DNA of 64,000 nucleotides from a virus (Duplodnaviria; Caudoviricetes), in the IMG/VR virus record IMGVR_UViG_3300032332_002377. One strand, given 5' to 3'. Each line of letters begins with the position of its first letter. Position 1 is the first letter of the stretch. The notes beneath the pieces were generated by a model, which had not been told where the DNA came from, did not search any database, and saw only the letters and a list, made by a program, of their open reading frames with translations. The position numbers were made by a program, and so were the translations under genes. Below are positions 35,912-45,367 of the stretch, one piece after another.

Positions 35912-36649
35912 ATGGATAAGAACGTATTTCTTTCAGACGATAAGGTATTTCACACTATTGAGGGTGAAGGTGAGCATATTGGTAAGCCATCTGTCTTCAT
36001 GCGTATGGCGATGTGTAATTTAACATGTAAAGGGTTTGCTAGTAAAGATTCACCTCACGGGTGTGATAGTTTTGTTAGCTGGTCTGTAAAGAACAAGTTC
36101 TCTATCTCTCAGCTACTTGATTATCTTGAGCAAGAAAATTTTGTTTCTTATTTGCGCAGAGGTGACATTTTTAAGATTACTGGTGGTGAACCCCTCATAC
36201 AGCAGAAAAATCTTCTTGAATTAATATTAGAATTCTCTCAGAGATTTCGCTTTATTCCGCGCATTGATTTTGAAACAAATGCAACAATTCTACCTGACCC
36301 TGCTTGGCAGCTAGATTACTTTGCAACATTTACAACATCACCAAAGCTAGCAAGCAACGGTGACCCTGCAAGTAAGAGATATATACCTGAAACACTACTA
36401 TGGCATGCTCGCAATGGATCAGGGTTTAAGTTTGTTATTACAAAGGAAGAGGATTTAGTAGAAATAGAAGAAAAATATATTGATAAATTTCAAATAAGAA
36501 ACAATAAGATTTGGCTAATGCCTTGCTGCGGCAGCAGAGATGAACATGTTAGAATTGCTCCTATGGTTGCTGAGCTTTGTAAGAAGCATGGCTTTAATTT
36601 TAGTCCAAGATTACAACTAGTTATTTGGGATAAAGCGCTTAAAGTATAA
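35912..36649 (+). CDS. queE: 7-carboxy-7-deazaguanine synthase (radical SAM)
   Basis: TIEGEG, CNLTC..CDS, TGGEP, ETN, SPKL, FSPRLQ...W. Confidence 0.93.
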   Translation: MDKNVFLSDDKVFHTIEGEGEHIGKPSVFMRMAMCNLTCKGFASKDSPHGCDSFVSWSVKNKFSISQLLDYLEQENFVSYLRRGDIFKITGGEPLIQQKNLLELILEFSQRFRFIPRIDFETNATILPDPAWQLDYFATFTTSPKLASNGDPASKRYIPETLLWHARNGSGFKFVITKEEDLVEIEEKYIDKFQIRNNKIWLMPCCGSRDEHVRIAPMVAELCKKHGFNFSPRLQLVIWDKALKV

Positions 36650-36650
36650 T

Positions 36651-37385
36651 ATGAGAATAGCTGTTTCTGGTGCTGCGTGTCAAGGCAAATCAACTCTTAT
36701 TCAAGATTTTCTAAAGAACTGGCCAACATATAATCGGTCAAAAGAAAGCTATAGAGAATTATTAGCAAAAGAAAATCTTAAAATTAATAAGGAGGTAAAT
36801 CAAGAAGGTCAATGGAAGATACTGAATAGTTTAATTAACGATCTTCAATCAACAGCAAAAACAGATAAAATTATTTTTGACAGATGCCCTCTTGATAATC
36901 TTGCCTATTCCATGTGGAGTTTTGATAAGCAGGCTACCGATATTGATAAAGAGTTTATTGATAAATGTATACCACTTGTTGCTGAAAGCATGAGACATCT
37001 TGATATTATCTTCTTTGTTCCAATTACAAAATTTTCACCTGTAAACATCGAGAAGAAAGAAACAAGAGAAACTGATAAAGAATACATTAAAGAAGTAGAT
37101 AATATATTCAAAGCTATTCAGAGATCTTATTATACAGGTAAGTCGCCCTTTTTCCCTAAAGATGACTCCCCTGCAATTATTGAAATTTTCGGTACACCTG
37201 AAGAGCGCATTAAAATGATAGAGCTTTATCTCAATAGTGACGGTGTTCTTCATGGAGAAGATCAGAGTGTATTAAACCCTGAAAACCTGGATTATATAGA
37301 AACGCTTCTCAAAGCCCAGAAGCAAGCAAAAGAGCAAGAAGATGAAGAAGCAAGATTGAGAAAAAAGTTCCTTTTTAATAAATAA
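36651..37385 (+). CDS. P-loop nucleotide kinase-like ATPase (AAA_28/dNMP kinase-like)
   Basis: SGAACQGKST; FDRCPLDNLAY. Confidence 0.75.
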   Translation: MRIAVSGAACQGKSTLIQDFLKNWPTYNRSKESYRELLAKENLKINKEVNQEGQWKILNSLINDLQSTAKTDKIIFDRCPLDNLAYSMWSFDKQATDIDKEFIDKCIPLVAESMRHLDIIFFVPITKFSPVNIEKKETRETDKEYIKEVDNIFKAIQRSYYTGKSPFFPKDDSPAIIEIFGTPEERIKMIELYLNSDGVLHGEDQSVLNPENLDYIETLLKAQKQAKEQEDEEARLRKKFLFNK

Positions 37386-37389
37386 TTAG

Positions 37390-37602
37390 GTGAACAAATT
37401 TAATAAAAAGTTTGAAGCTATTGCTGAAAGCTTTAAATCCATAAAATACGTTAAAAGAGAATTTTACCCTAAAAACTTCACTCTCTCAGAAGATTTTGTT
37501 AATGCATTTAGAAGAGAATACAGAAGATTGATTGATGAAGGTATTGAACCAAGAAAAGCGCTAATCAAGCTCAATAAAGCCCTTTTATTTCATACAAAAT
37601 AA
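37390..37602 (+). CDS. small hypothetical late protein
   Basis: TAAATA-N5-GTG; MNKFNKKFEAIAES. Confidence 0.55.
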   Translation: MNKFNKKFEAIAESFKSIKYVKREFYPKNFTLSEDFVNAFRREYRRLIDEGIEPRKALIKLNKALLFHTK

Positions 37603-38352
37603 TTAATTGTAAAAGTATACAACTCTTACACCGACTTTAATAGTACCGCCTGTGCCATTTGCACTCTGTAGACCAACCACAAAAGTTAAATAATCATCGC
37701 CTGGACCTGTGCCTGGAAAGTAATTTACAGCACTCAAGCTCACAGGAGTTGCAGGAACTGTACTTACAACTTTATCTTGAAATGGTGTTAGGGTGAAGTA
37801 TGATGCATAGTTCGAACTATTTCCAAGCAAACTGCCTATACTTACACCTGTTGTATCAGTAGGAAACCCACCGACATTTAATGGGGCAGAAGCTACTGCT
37901 CCATTACTAATAGAAGCCACGCCATTATATTCATACACTTTTTTATAAAATTGTGATGAATTAGCTGAAACAGTTTGATAGAGATTATAGAGGGTGGTGT
38001 ATTCCGGTGAACCTATTACATAGTCTGAAGATACAACAATGCCGTTTGTTGTTTGTAGTCTATTCCTATAACCAAATGATGCATCAGGTGCCAATGTATC
38101 ATCAGTAAAAACCTGCTTTACTTTAAGTGTTGTAGTTTCAACTTGAGAAAAAAGACTGCTTGTGCCTGTTAAATTACCAACTACTGTTGCGTTACCTGCA
38201 ACATCTGTACGTACAACATTAAAGTTTTGAAAGGGTATTGTTTGTGTACCGTTCTGTGTCTCTAAAATTAAAAGATCTGCGTCGGCAGCTATTTGAGCTT
38301 GCGGCAGACTGTTAATATTAACTGAGTTACTATTGGAAGAGTTTGTTGCCAT
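37603..38352 (-). CDS. probable virion structural (fibre/decoration-like) protein
   Basis: TATAAATA upstream; INSLP..DLLILE N-terminus typical of fibre-type proteins; Ser/Thr/Gly-rich and beta-rich. Confidence 0.55.
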   Translation of the reverse strand: MATNSSNSNSVNINSLPQAQIAADADLLILETQNGTQTIPFQNFNVVRTDVAGNATVVGNLTGTSSLFSQVETTTLKVKQVFTDDTLAPDASFGYRNRLQTTNGIVVSSDYVIGSPEYTTLYNLYQTVSANSSQFYKKVYEYNGVASISNGAVASAPLNVGGFPTDTTGVSIGSLLGNSSNYASYFTLTPFQDKVVSTVPATPVSLSAVNYFPGTGPGDDYLTFVVGLQSANGTGGTIKVGVRVVYFYN

Positions 38353-38384
38353 CGATAATATTTATACTATATTATAAAAATAAC

Positions 38385-39248
38385 ATGTATAAAATAGGTA
38401 TAGGCATAGTTACTTGTGATAGAATAGATTATTTAAATAACTGTTTAAAGAGTTTACCGGTAATTAATGGGCCTATTGTAATAATAAATGACGGTAAGCA
38501 AGACATTACTGATAGAGTGAGAGGGCTTAAGAATTCAGACAATATAACACTTATTCAGCATGAAACCAATAAGGGTGTAGGCATAAGCAAGAACGATGCA
38601 TTAAACTTTTTATTAAGCAAAGATGTTGAACACATATTTTTACTAGAAGACGATATTCTTATTCTCAAGGAAAATGTTTTTGACGAGTATATTAAAGCCG
38701 CACAAACTTCAGGAATTCTTCACTTTAACTATGGCCCAGGTAGTCCTTTTAACAGAAAACAAGATTCTAGCATACTATGGGATTTACACAATAGACATTT
38801 GTGTGATCAACATTCTGAACCTAACCCTAAGCGTATTATTGATTATGGTAATAATGTTAAAATTTCATTATTCGAACATACTGTAGCAATGTTTTCGTAT
38901 TTTCATAGCAGCGTATTGAAAGAGGTGGGATTACACGACGAGCAATTTTTTAATGCTTGGGAGCACGTTGACCTAACATACAGAATAATAAAAGCAGGCT
39001 ACCATCCTCCTTTTTGGTGGTTTGCTGATATTTATAACTCACAAGAGTATTTAACAGAGGCCCCGGGAGCTATAGACAATAGCAGCATTGCTGGAAAAAA
39101 AGAGCAATGGGAGAAAAATGTTTATGGAGGGAGAGAAAAATACAAATTAAAACATGGTCATTATCCAAATGTACTTCCTTATCTTCATACTGCAGAAGAA
39201 GTTGTTAGTATTCTAAAAAATATAAAACAAAAAAATAAAAACATATGA
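38385..39248 (+). CDS. GT2 glycosyltransferase
   Basis: GIVTCDR, INDG, NKGVG.SKN, LLEDD, AWEHVD. Confidence 0.8.
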   Translation: MYKIGIGIVTCDRIDYLNNCLKSLPVINGPIVIINDGKQDITDRVRGLKNSDNITLIQHETNKGVGISKNDALNFLLSKDVEHIFLLEDDILILKENVFDEYIKAAQTSGILHFNYGPGSPFNRKQDSSILWDLHNRHLCDQHSEPNPKRIIDYGNNVKISLFEHTVAMFSYFHSSVLKEVGLHDEQFFNAWEHVDLTYRIIKAGYHPPFWWFADIYNSQEYLTEAPGAIDNSSIAGKKEQWEKNVYGGREKYKLKHGHYPNVLPYLHTAEEVVSILKNIKQKNKNI

Positions 39249-40033
39249 AAAGCATAATAGACAAATCAATTATCTTTTATCTTGTTAATAACAATCCTAT
39301 TCATCTCAATAGACTGCAAAACAGTCTAAAGCTCTTAAGAACAAATTTTTTAGAAAAGAATCCTTATCCTGTTGTTTTTGGCTACGAAGACCTTACAAGT
39401 GATACAATTAATACTATAAGGAACAGTCTCAACACACAGACATTCTTCCTCAAGGTAAACTTTACTCTGCCACATCTAACAAGCGACATAATAAGTAAAA
39501 TACCTGAACGGTTCAAGGGGCATTGGGATGAAAATGCTTTTTTCTCTCTCGGTTACCGGCATATGTGTAGATTTTATGCAGGCGAAATATTTAATTACGA
39601 TTTTTTTAGCAATGTTAAATATTTTATGAGAATGGATTGTGATTCATATTTTATTGACAGTCTAACTATTGATCCATTTAGAGTAATGCAAGAAAACAAT
39701 TATATATACGGTACAACAGGTGAAGAAGAAGACATGGATTACGTAATCGAAGGGTTACCCCAAGCTTGCAAACATTTTTTTGGAGTAAAGTACAAAACTA
39801 AAACAAAGTATAATGGAATGTATAAAACACATTTTGAAGTGCTTGATTTTCAATGGTTTAAGTCTGGCCCTTATAAAGACTTCTACAACTCTATTGATAT
39901 TACAGGTAATATCTTTATAAAGCGGTGGGGTGATGCACCTATAAGATATCAAGGAATAAGAAACCTTTTACTTGATAATCAAATACATAGCTTTAATATA
40001 CCTTATAAGCACGGAGGTGATATAAACATATGA
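39245..40033 (+). CDS. GT15 (Kre2/Mnt1-like alpha-1,2-mannosyltransferase family)
   Basis: GYRHMCRF, YFMRMD.D, HFEV, G.IF..RWGDAP. Confidence 0.8.
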   Translation: MKSIIDKSIIFYLVNNNPIHLNRLQNSLKLLRTNFLEKNPYPVVFGYEDLTSDTINTIRNSLNTQTFFLKVNFTLPHLTSDIISKIPERFKGHWDENAFFSLGYRHMCRFYAGEIFNYDFFSNVKYFMRMDCDSYFIDSLTIDPFRVMQENNYIYGTTGEEEDMDYVIEGLPQACKHFFGVKYKTKTKYNGMYKTHFEVLDFQWFKSGPYKDFYNSIDITGNIFIKRWGDAPIRYQGIRNLLLDNQIHSFNIPYKHGGDINI

Positions 40034-40782
40034 AAATAGGCATACATGTACCATCACGCGAAAGAATGAATAGACGTCTTACACTTTTAACGTCTATCAT
40101 TACTTCAGTTAACAATATTAATAATGTTAATGTTTATTTTGGTGTTGATGAAGACGATCCTACTAGAAAACTTATTTATAAAGTTGCTGATGCTATGCCT
40201 TGTGTAAAAATAGTTGATATAAAAAACAACGGTAAGTTTATAGGTCTTGGTAAAATGTGGAATCAGTGCGTCAATGAATCAGACGATGATATTATTTCCA
40301 TGATAGGAGATGACATGGTTTTTCATACACAAGGATGGGATGATATAATAATAGATGAATTTTCCGGTAAAAATCTTCCTGAAGATAAAATTAAAGCAAT
40401 ACACTGTAATGATGATTGCCATGGTGCTAAACTAGCAGTTAATTTATTTTGTCACCGTAAATTTAATGATGTTATGGGACAGTTTATGAGAGAAGAATTT
40501 ATGATTAATTGGGTCGACCAGTGGTTGCATCAAGTATTCAATTGTTTTGGGCGCTTGAAATATAGAGGTGATATTATGATTGAGCATCGTCACTGGGTAC
40601 TCGGTAAAGCTAAACCTGATACGGTTGCTGAGAGAATGGCAACAGCTGATAAGGATAAAATTAGCGATAAATTATGGCATGATCTGGCTCAAGAAAGAAT
40701 TGACGATGTAAAGAAATTAAGTAGCTATCTGAAAGTTCAGCCAGATTGGTCTAAAGTAGATACAGGCAATCTATCGATATGA
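40030..40782 (+). CDS. GT2-like glycosyltransferase
   Basis: PSRER, DEDD, IGDDM..T.GWD, WVD, IEHRH. Confidence 0.7.
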   Translation: MKIGIHVPSRERMNRRLTLLTSIITSVNNINNVNVYFGVDEDDPTRKLIYKVADAMPCVKIVDIKNNGKFIGLGKMWNQCVNESDDDIISMIGDDMVFHTQGWDDIIIDEFSGKNLPEDKIKAIHCNDDCHGAKLAVNLFCHRKFNDVMGQFMREEFMINWVDQWLHQVFNCFGRLKYRGDIMIEHRHWVLGKAKPDTVAERMATADKDKISDKLWHDLAQERIDDVKKLSSYLKVQPDWSKVDTGNLSI

Positions 40783-41411
40783 TATACCATCATCACAACA
40801 ATTACGTTAAACCAGTCTTTACAAAACACATAGATGTAAATTCTATTAATTTAATATTTGAAGTAGGTGCTAGAGAGTGTCGCTATACAAATGAATTTTT
40901 ACATTTTTTTAATAAATGTTCATCTATTCATTCTTTTGAATGCAATCCTCATACAGTTGACGAGTGTGTAAAAAATTCTAGTGATCCAAGGATCACATTT
41001 AATAATGTAGCTATTTCCGACAAAGAAGGTTTTATCACTTTTAATCCAACCTGTACAGAAGGTGATTTTGGATTTTCTTCTGAATTTGTACCTGAAGGCC
41101 ATGAAAAAAATATTAAAGAAACAATTAAAGTACCATGTATAACTCTTGACAGCTATACAAAAGCTAATCAAATCAAAAAAATAGATTTGTTGATGATGGA
41201 TATTGAGGGCGGCGAATTAAAGGCATTTAAAGGCGCAACAGAAACATTAAAAATTACTGACAACGTTCTTGTAGAAGTATCATTAAAACAAAGATTTGGA
41301 AACGGTCCTCTATTTGATGATATAACAAATATTCTCAAAGCAAATAATTTCAAAAGAGTTGTTTACGCTGGCGATGAAAATGTAGGCGACTGTCTTTATA
41401 AAAAGAAATGA
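40779..41411 (+). CDS. FkbM-family methyltransferase
   Basis: FEVGA, FECNP, ITLD, LLMMDIEGGE. Confidence 0.85.
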   Translation: MIYHHHNNYVKPVFTKHIDVNSINLIFEVGARECRYTNEFLHFFNKCSSIHSFECNPHTVDECVKNSSDPRITFNNVAISDKEGFITFNPTCTEGDFGFSSEFVPEGHEKNIKETIKVPCITLDSYTKANQIKKIDLLMMDIEGGELKAFKGATETLKITDNVLVEVSLKQRFGNGPLFDDITNILKANNFKRVVYAGDENVGDCLYKKK

Positions 41412-42109
41412 AATCAGTAGGTATACTTCAGCCCGGAAAACTAGGGGATATAATTATCTGTCTACCTATAGCAAAATATTATCATGATTATGGATATAAA
41501 GTAATATGGCCAATATTCTCTACGTATGTTGAGATGTTCAAAGAAGTAATTGACTATGTTGATTTTATACCTGTTACTGATGATGTATATCAATGTTTTT
41601 TTGAAGCAAAACAAAAACTTCAAGCTCTAAATGTCAAAAATATATTTGATATTGCAGCTACCTTTCCCGGAAGTAACTGTACAGATGAATATGTTAGGCT
41701 TGGTGATGGTCATGGAGAAGAAAAATTTGATCAATTTAAATATAGAAAATGTAATGTGCCATTTTGCTTGAAGTGGAGCTTATCCTACAAAAGTAACCTA
41801 CAAAAAGAAGACGAATTGTTTAATCTTAAGACTGGCAGTGAACCATACGATATTTTTTCTACAAAGCACTCCCGCGGCAATCTTAATATAAAATTTGAAA
41901 GCAAAAACAAACTTATAGAAATAGATGATAAACATAATATTTTTTATTGGAGAAAAATTCTTGAAAATGCAAAAAATATTGCGCTGGTCGATAGTGCCAT
42001 GGCAAATTTAGTAGAACAACTCAACATTAAATCCACAAAAACACTTCTTCTTAAACCTGGGCATCCACGTCCTGTATTTAAAAATAATTGGAGAATAATA
42101 GAAGTATGA
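41408..42109 (+). CDS. GT9-like glycosyltransferase
   Basis: GKLGDII..LP; VDSA..NL. Confidence 0.6.
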   Translation: MKSVGILQPGKLGDIIICLPIAKYYHDYGYKVIWPIFSTYVEMFKEVIDYVDFIPVTDDVYQCFFEAKQKLQALNVKNIFDIAATFPGSNCTDEYVRLGDGHGEEKFDQFKYRKCNVPFCLKWSLSYKSNLQKEDELFNLKTGSEPYDIFSTKHSRGNLNIKFESKNKLIEIDDKHNIFYWRKILENAKNIALVDSAMANLVEQLNIKSTKTLLLKPGHPRPVFKNNWRIIEV

Positions 42110-42891
42110 AACGCATAGCTTTCACGCCGGTATTAAATGGTATGCCTTTTTTAGAAAGGCAGTTTGATTTTATTCCCAAGATGTTTGACCACTGGTATAT
42201 AATTGAAGGAGCTCTTAATAATAAGAATGATGGTTGTCACAACGGCAATATATTGCTTGAGCAATTCATAAGCAAAGACTACCTATCCGTCGACGGTACT
42301 ACACAATTTCTAGATAAGCATAAAAATAATAAAAATATAACTATTATACGTAAAAACAGCTCTTGGGATGGATATGTAGAAATGGCTAACAGCTTTATGC
42401 ACGAGATAAAAAATAGTATTTTATTCTATATTGATGTGGATGAGTTTTGGGATAAGCAAGTTGTAGATGATATATGTATATTTTTAGAAAAAAACGACAT
42501 CAATACATTGAAATTTATGTGTTATTATTTTCTTGGAAAAGATAGGTATGTTTTTGAACCTAATAAATTTGGTAACAATTGGTTTGAGTGGATGAGAGCA
42601 TGGAAAGTGGATAGAAATCGTACTTTCAGAACACTGCAGCCACCTGAATTATATAATGAGCAGGAAATACGTATTTTAGATAAACTCGATACATTTAAAC
42701 GCGGATGGGCCTTTACACACTATGCATATACACTGGAACAGCAGATTATCTTTAAAGAAATCTTTCACAACCATAAAGACCTACTATTAAATTGGAAAAG
42801 ACTACAAACAATATCCAAAGGAACAGATTGTTTATTATCTGACTATATACCATTTAGAAACTCAGACACCAAGCTTTGCTTCTTAAAATAA
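42106..42891 (+). CDS. GT2-like glycosyltransferase
   Basis: IIEG, SVDGT, IDVDEFW, FTHYAY; ATGA overlap start. Confidence 0.65.
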   Translation: MKRIAFTPVLNGMPFLERQFDFIPKMFDHWYIIEGALNNKNDGCHNGNILLEQFISKDYLSVDGTTQFLDKHKNNKNITIIRKNSSWDGYVEMANSFMHEIKNSILFYIDVDEFWDKQVVDDICIFLEKNDINTLKFMCYYFLGKDRYVFEPNKFGNNWFEWMRAWKVDRNRTFRTLQPPELYNEQEIRILDKLDTFKRGWAFTHYAYTLEQQIIFKEIFHNHKDLLLNWKRLQTISKGTDCLLSDYIPFRNSDTKLCFLK

Positions 42892-42928
42892 AAATTGTTT
42901 TATTTGCTTCTTACTATAAAATAAACTA

Positions 42929-43759
42929 ATGATAGTTGACGGCAATAATTTTATAAGACATTATCTAAAAAATAATACTTCTTTTTGTTGCGGCAAAATA
43001 GGTGTAACGGAGTTGAATATTTTATACTGTTACTTTCATTTAAAAAATGGTGGAAATCTTTTACCACACTTGAAACATGAGGTAGAGAATATTGCTGGCA
43101 TGTACCCTTATAATTCTGAAACAGTAAACAAGTTTGCGGAAGACATTTTGAACAGATTAAAATACATCGATTTAATACCTAAGTGGAGTAAGATTTTACC
43201 TGATTTTGAAAATTTTATTTTTAATACATACTGTCCAAAAGCACATATCACAGACTTAATGCATTTTGAACCCTATTTTTATGATAAACCGTGGTCAGAG
43301 TTTTTAAAAGACAAAAAAGTTTTAGTTTTTAGCCCCTTCAAAGAGTCTATTGATAACAATTTTAAAAATCTAAGCAAAATTTGGAATAATAAGTTAACTA
43401 ATAATTTTGATTTAAATGTAGTTAAATACCCATTTGCAATTACACTTGATAATAATACCTCTTACAAAACTTCACAAGAAGTGTATAAAAAATATTTAGA
43501 TATTCTTAGTAAAGAGAACTTCGATGTAGGTATATTTGGAACAGGGTATACATCTTTATTGTTTGCTACGGAATGTAAGAAAATGAATAAGATAGGAATG
43601 CATTTAGGTGGTGCAACACAGATGTTGTTTGGCGTTAAAGGTCAACGCTGGAAAGATAATGATAAGTACCAGCCATTTTTTAATGATTTCTGGTCTACAC
43701 CTCTTAACTCTGAAATTCCTGAAAAACACAAGCTTGTGGAAGGTGGATGTTACTGGTGA
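42929..43759 (+). CDS. glycan-biosynthesis protein (possible GT-D-like)
   Basis: EPY..KPW..LK.KKVLV.SPF, FDV.I.G.G, HLGGATQ.LFG.KG.RW, VEGGCYW. Confidence 0.5.
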   Translation: MIVDGNNFIRHYLKNNTSFCCGKIGVTELNILYCYFHLKNGGNLLPHLKHEVENIAGMYPYNSETVNKFAEDILNRLKYIDLIPKWSKILPDFENFIFNTYCPKAHITDLMHFEPYFYDKPWSEFLKDKKVLVFSPFKESIDNNFKNLSKIWNNKLTNNFDLNVVKYPFAITLDNNTSYKTSQEVYKKYLDILSKENFDVGIFGTGYTSLLFATECKKMNKIGMHLGGATQMLFGVKGQRWKDNDKYQPFFNDFWSTPLNSEIPEKHKLVEGGCYW

Positions 43760-44514
43760 GTATTTTTGTCAAATATGACCCGTGGGGAAGAATGGGCAAT
43801 AGAATGCTGCAATATGCCTTTGGTGCAATTTTATCTGAAATAAAGAATACAGATTTTTTTCATGATGGGTTACCTAATTTTAATATATCACCTTCAATAA
43901 AACAAATTTCTAATCATTACATCAACACAAAATCATTTGGTAATAATAAAGTAGATATGAAGATATTAAAAAACACTACCCATGATATTTTAGTTGATAG
44001 CTATGTACAGAAAGCAGAATACTATCTGCCCTACCAACAAAAATTAAAAACAATTTTTAATATTAAAGAATATTCCACCAATCCTGATAAACTTGTATTA
44101 CATATACGAGAGACCGACTACACTCAAATAAATAATTTCTTAGGATACGATTTTTATAAAAATTTAATTAAATTTTCAAACTTTACAAATATTTTAATAG
44201 TAACTGATAATAGCAATTGTGAGACAGTACAGCGTCTGTTGAGCGAGGGATGTGTACTCAATACCCCTGGGTATGTCGATAAATTTACACATTCTAGCGA
44301 TGAAAGAGGTATGCACGATTTTTTTACTCTTGTTTACAGTGAAAATATAGCTTTATCTCAATCTACTTTTTCCTGGTGGGGAGCTTTACTCGGTACTCAT
44401 AATAGGATTATTTTCCCGTACAGTACAAAGCATAACAACTGGCCTTTAAATCCTGGAGAAGATGATATAGATTTATTTCTCGATAAGCCTGAAAGTATAA
44501 AATTTATTAATTAA
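43756..44514 (+). CDS. GT11 (alpha-1,2-fucosyltransferase family)
   Basis: GRMGNRMLQYA, HIRETD, STFSWW. Confidence 0.8.
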   Translation: MSIFVKYDPWGRMGNRMLQYAFGAILSEIKNTDFFHDGLPNFNISPSIKQISNHYINTKSFGNNKVDMKILKNTTHDILVDSYVQKAEYYLPYQQKLKTIFNIKEYSTNPDKLVLHIRETDYTQINNFLGYDFYKNLIKFSNFTNILIVTDNSNCETVQRLLSEGCVLNTPGYVDKFTHSSDERGMHDFFTLVYSENIALSQSTFSWWGALLGTHNRIIFPYSTKHNNWPLNPGEDDIDLFLDKPESIKFIN

Positions 44515-45330
44515 ATGCCAAACGATGTTACAATTTATAATGTATCGGAAGACTTAGAGTGTACTTTGATTGAGACCAACGCCTATATAGAGCGCAGAGA
44601 ACAAATCCAAACACTTTTCATGTCTCTATTTAATTTAAATAAAAAAAAATTTAAAAGTAAAAAAATTATTATATCTAGCGGTGATTATCCTGAAAATGAC
44701 GATGTATATAAAAATTTTGACTATAAGTTCAGTACAACAATTCCATCTGACGACAATTATTTTTATAATGAATTTCCATGTCCACACAGCATTAGCTGGC
44801 CTGTATTAGATATTTACAATGTTGAAGAAATGCTAAAAAATATGATAAAGGATAAAAACAAATTTACCTATAATAGGATTTTCTGGGCTGGTGGTCCACA
44901 ACATTCTCAGCGTTTTGAATATAAAAATTTTTCATCTATTAATAATGATATCTGTGAAACTCATCTTACTGATAATTCTACAGATCAAATAAAAAAGTAT
45001 TTTATAAAAATTCCCGATCATGCAAAATACAAATACCTAATAGACATTCAAGGGCAAGGATATTCTGCTAGAATAAAATATTTATTAGCTACCGGGCGAC
45101 CTGTTTTTTTACCGCCTAGAAAATGGGTTGAATATTGGCATAAAAAATTAATACCCTGGGTACATTACATACCTATAAAAGACGACTTTTCAGATTTGAG
45201 AGACAGTTATAATATACTAGAAAAAGATAATTCTTTATATGATCATATAGGTCAAAAGGCTAAAGAATTTGTATACAATAATATTCTTCTTGAGAAGCAG
45301 CTGCCACACATTTTAAGCCGTTTAAAATAA
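44515..45330 (+). CDS. GT90 (CAP10/POGLUT-like) glycosyltransferase
   Basis: FWAG, KYKYLIDIQG.GYSAR.KYLL, PWVHYIPI..D.SDL. Confidence 0.8.
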   Translation: MPNDVTIYNVSEDLECTLIETNAYIERREQIQTLFMSLFNLNKKKFKSKKIIISSGDYPENDDVYKNFDYKFSTTIPSDDNYFYNEFPCPHSISWPVLDIYNVEEMLKNMIKDKNKFTYNRIFWAGGPQHSQRFEYKNFSSINNDICETHLTDNSTDQIKKYFIKIPDHAKYKYLIDIQGQGYSARIKYLLATGRPVFLPPRKWVEYWHKKLIPWVHYIPIKDDFSDLRDSYNILEKDNSLYDHIGQKAKEFVYNNILLEKQLPHILSRLK

Positions 45331-45367
45331 ACATTGCAGACTTAAAACTATATTATAAAATAGACAA

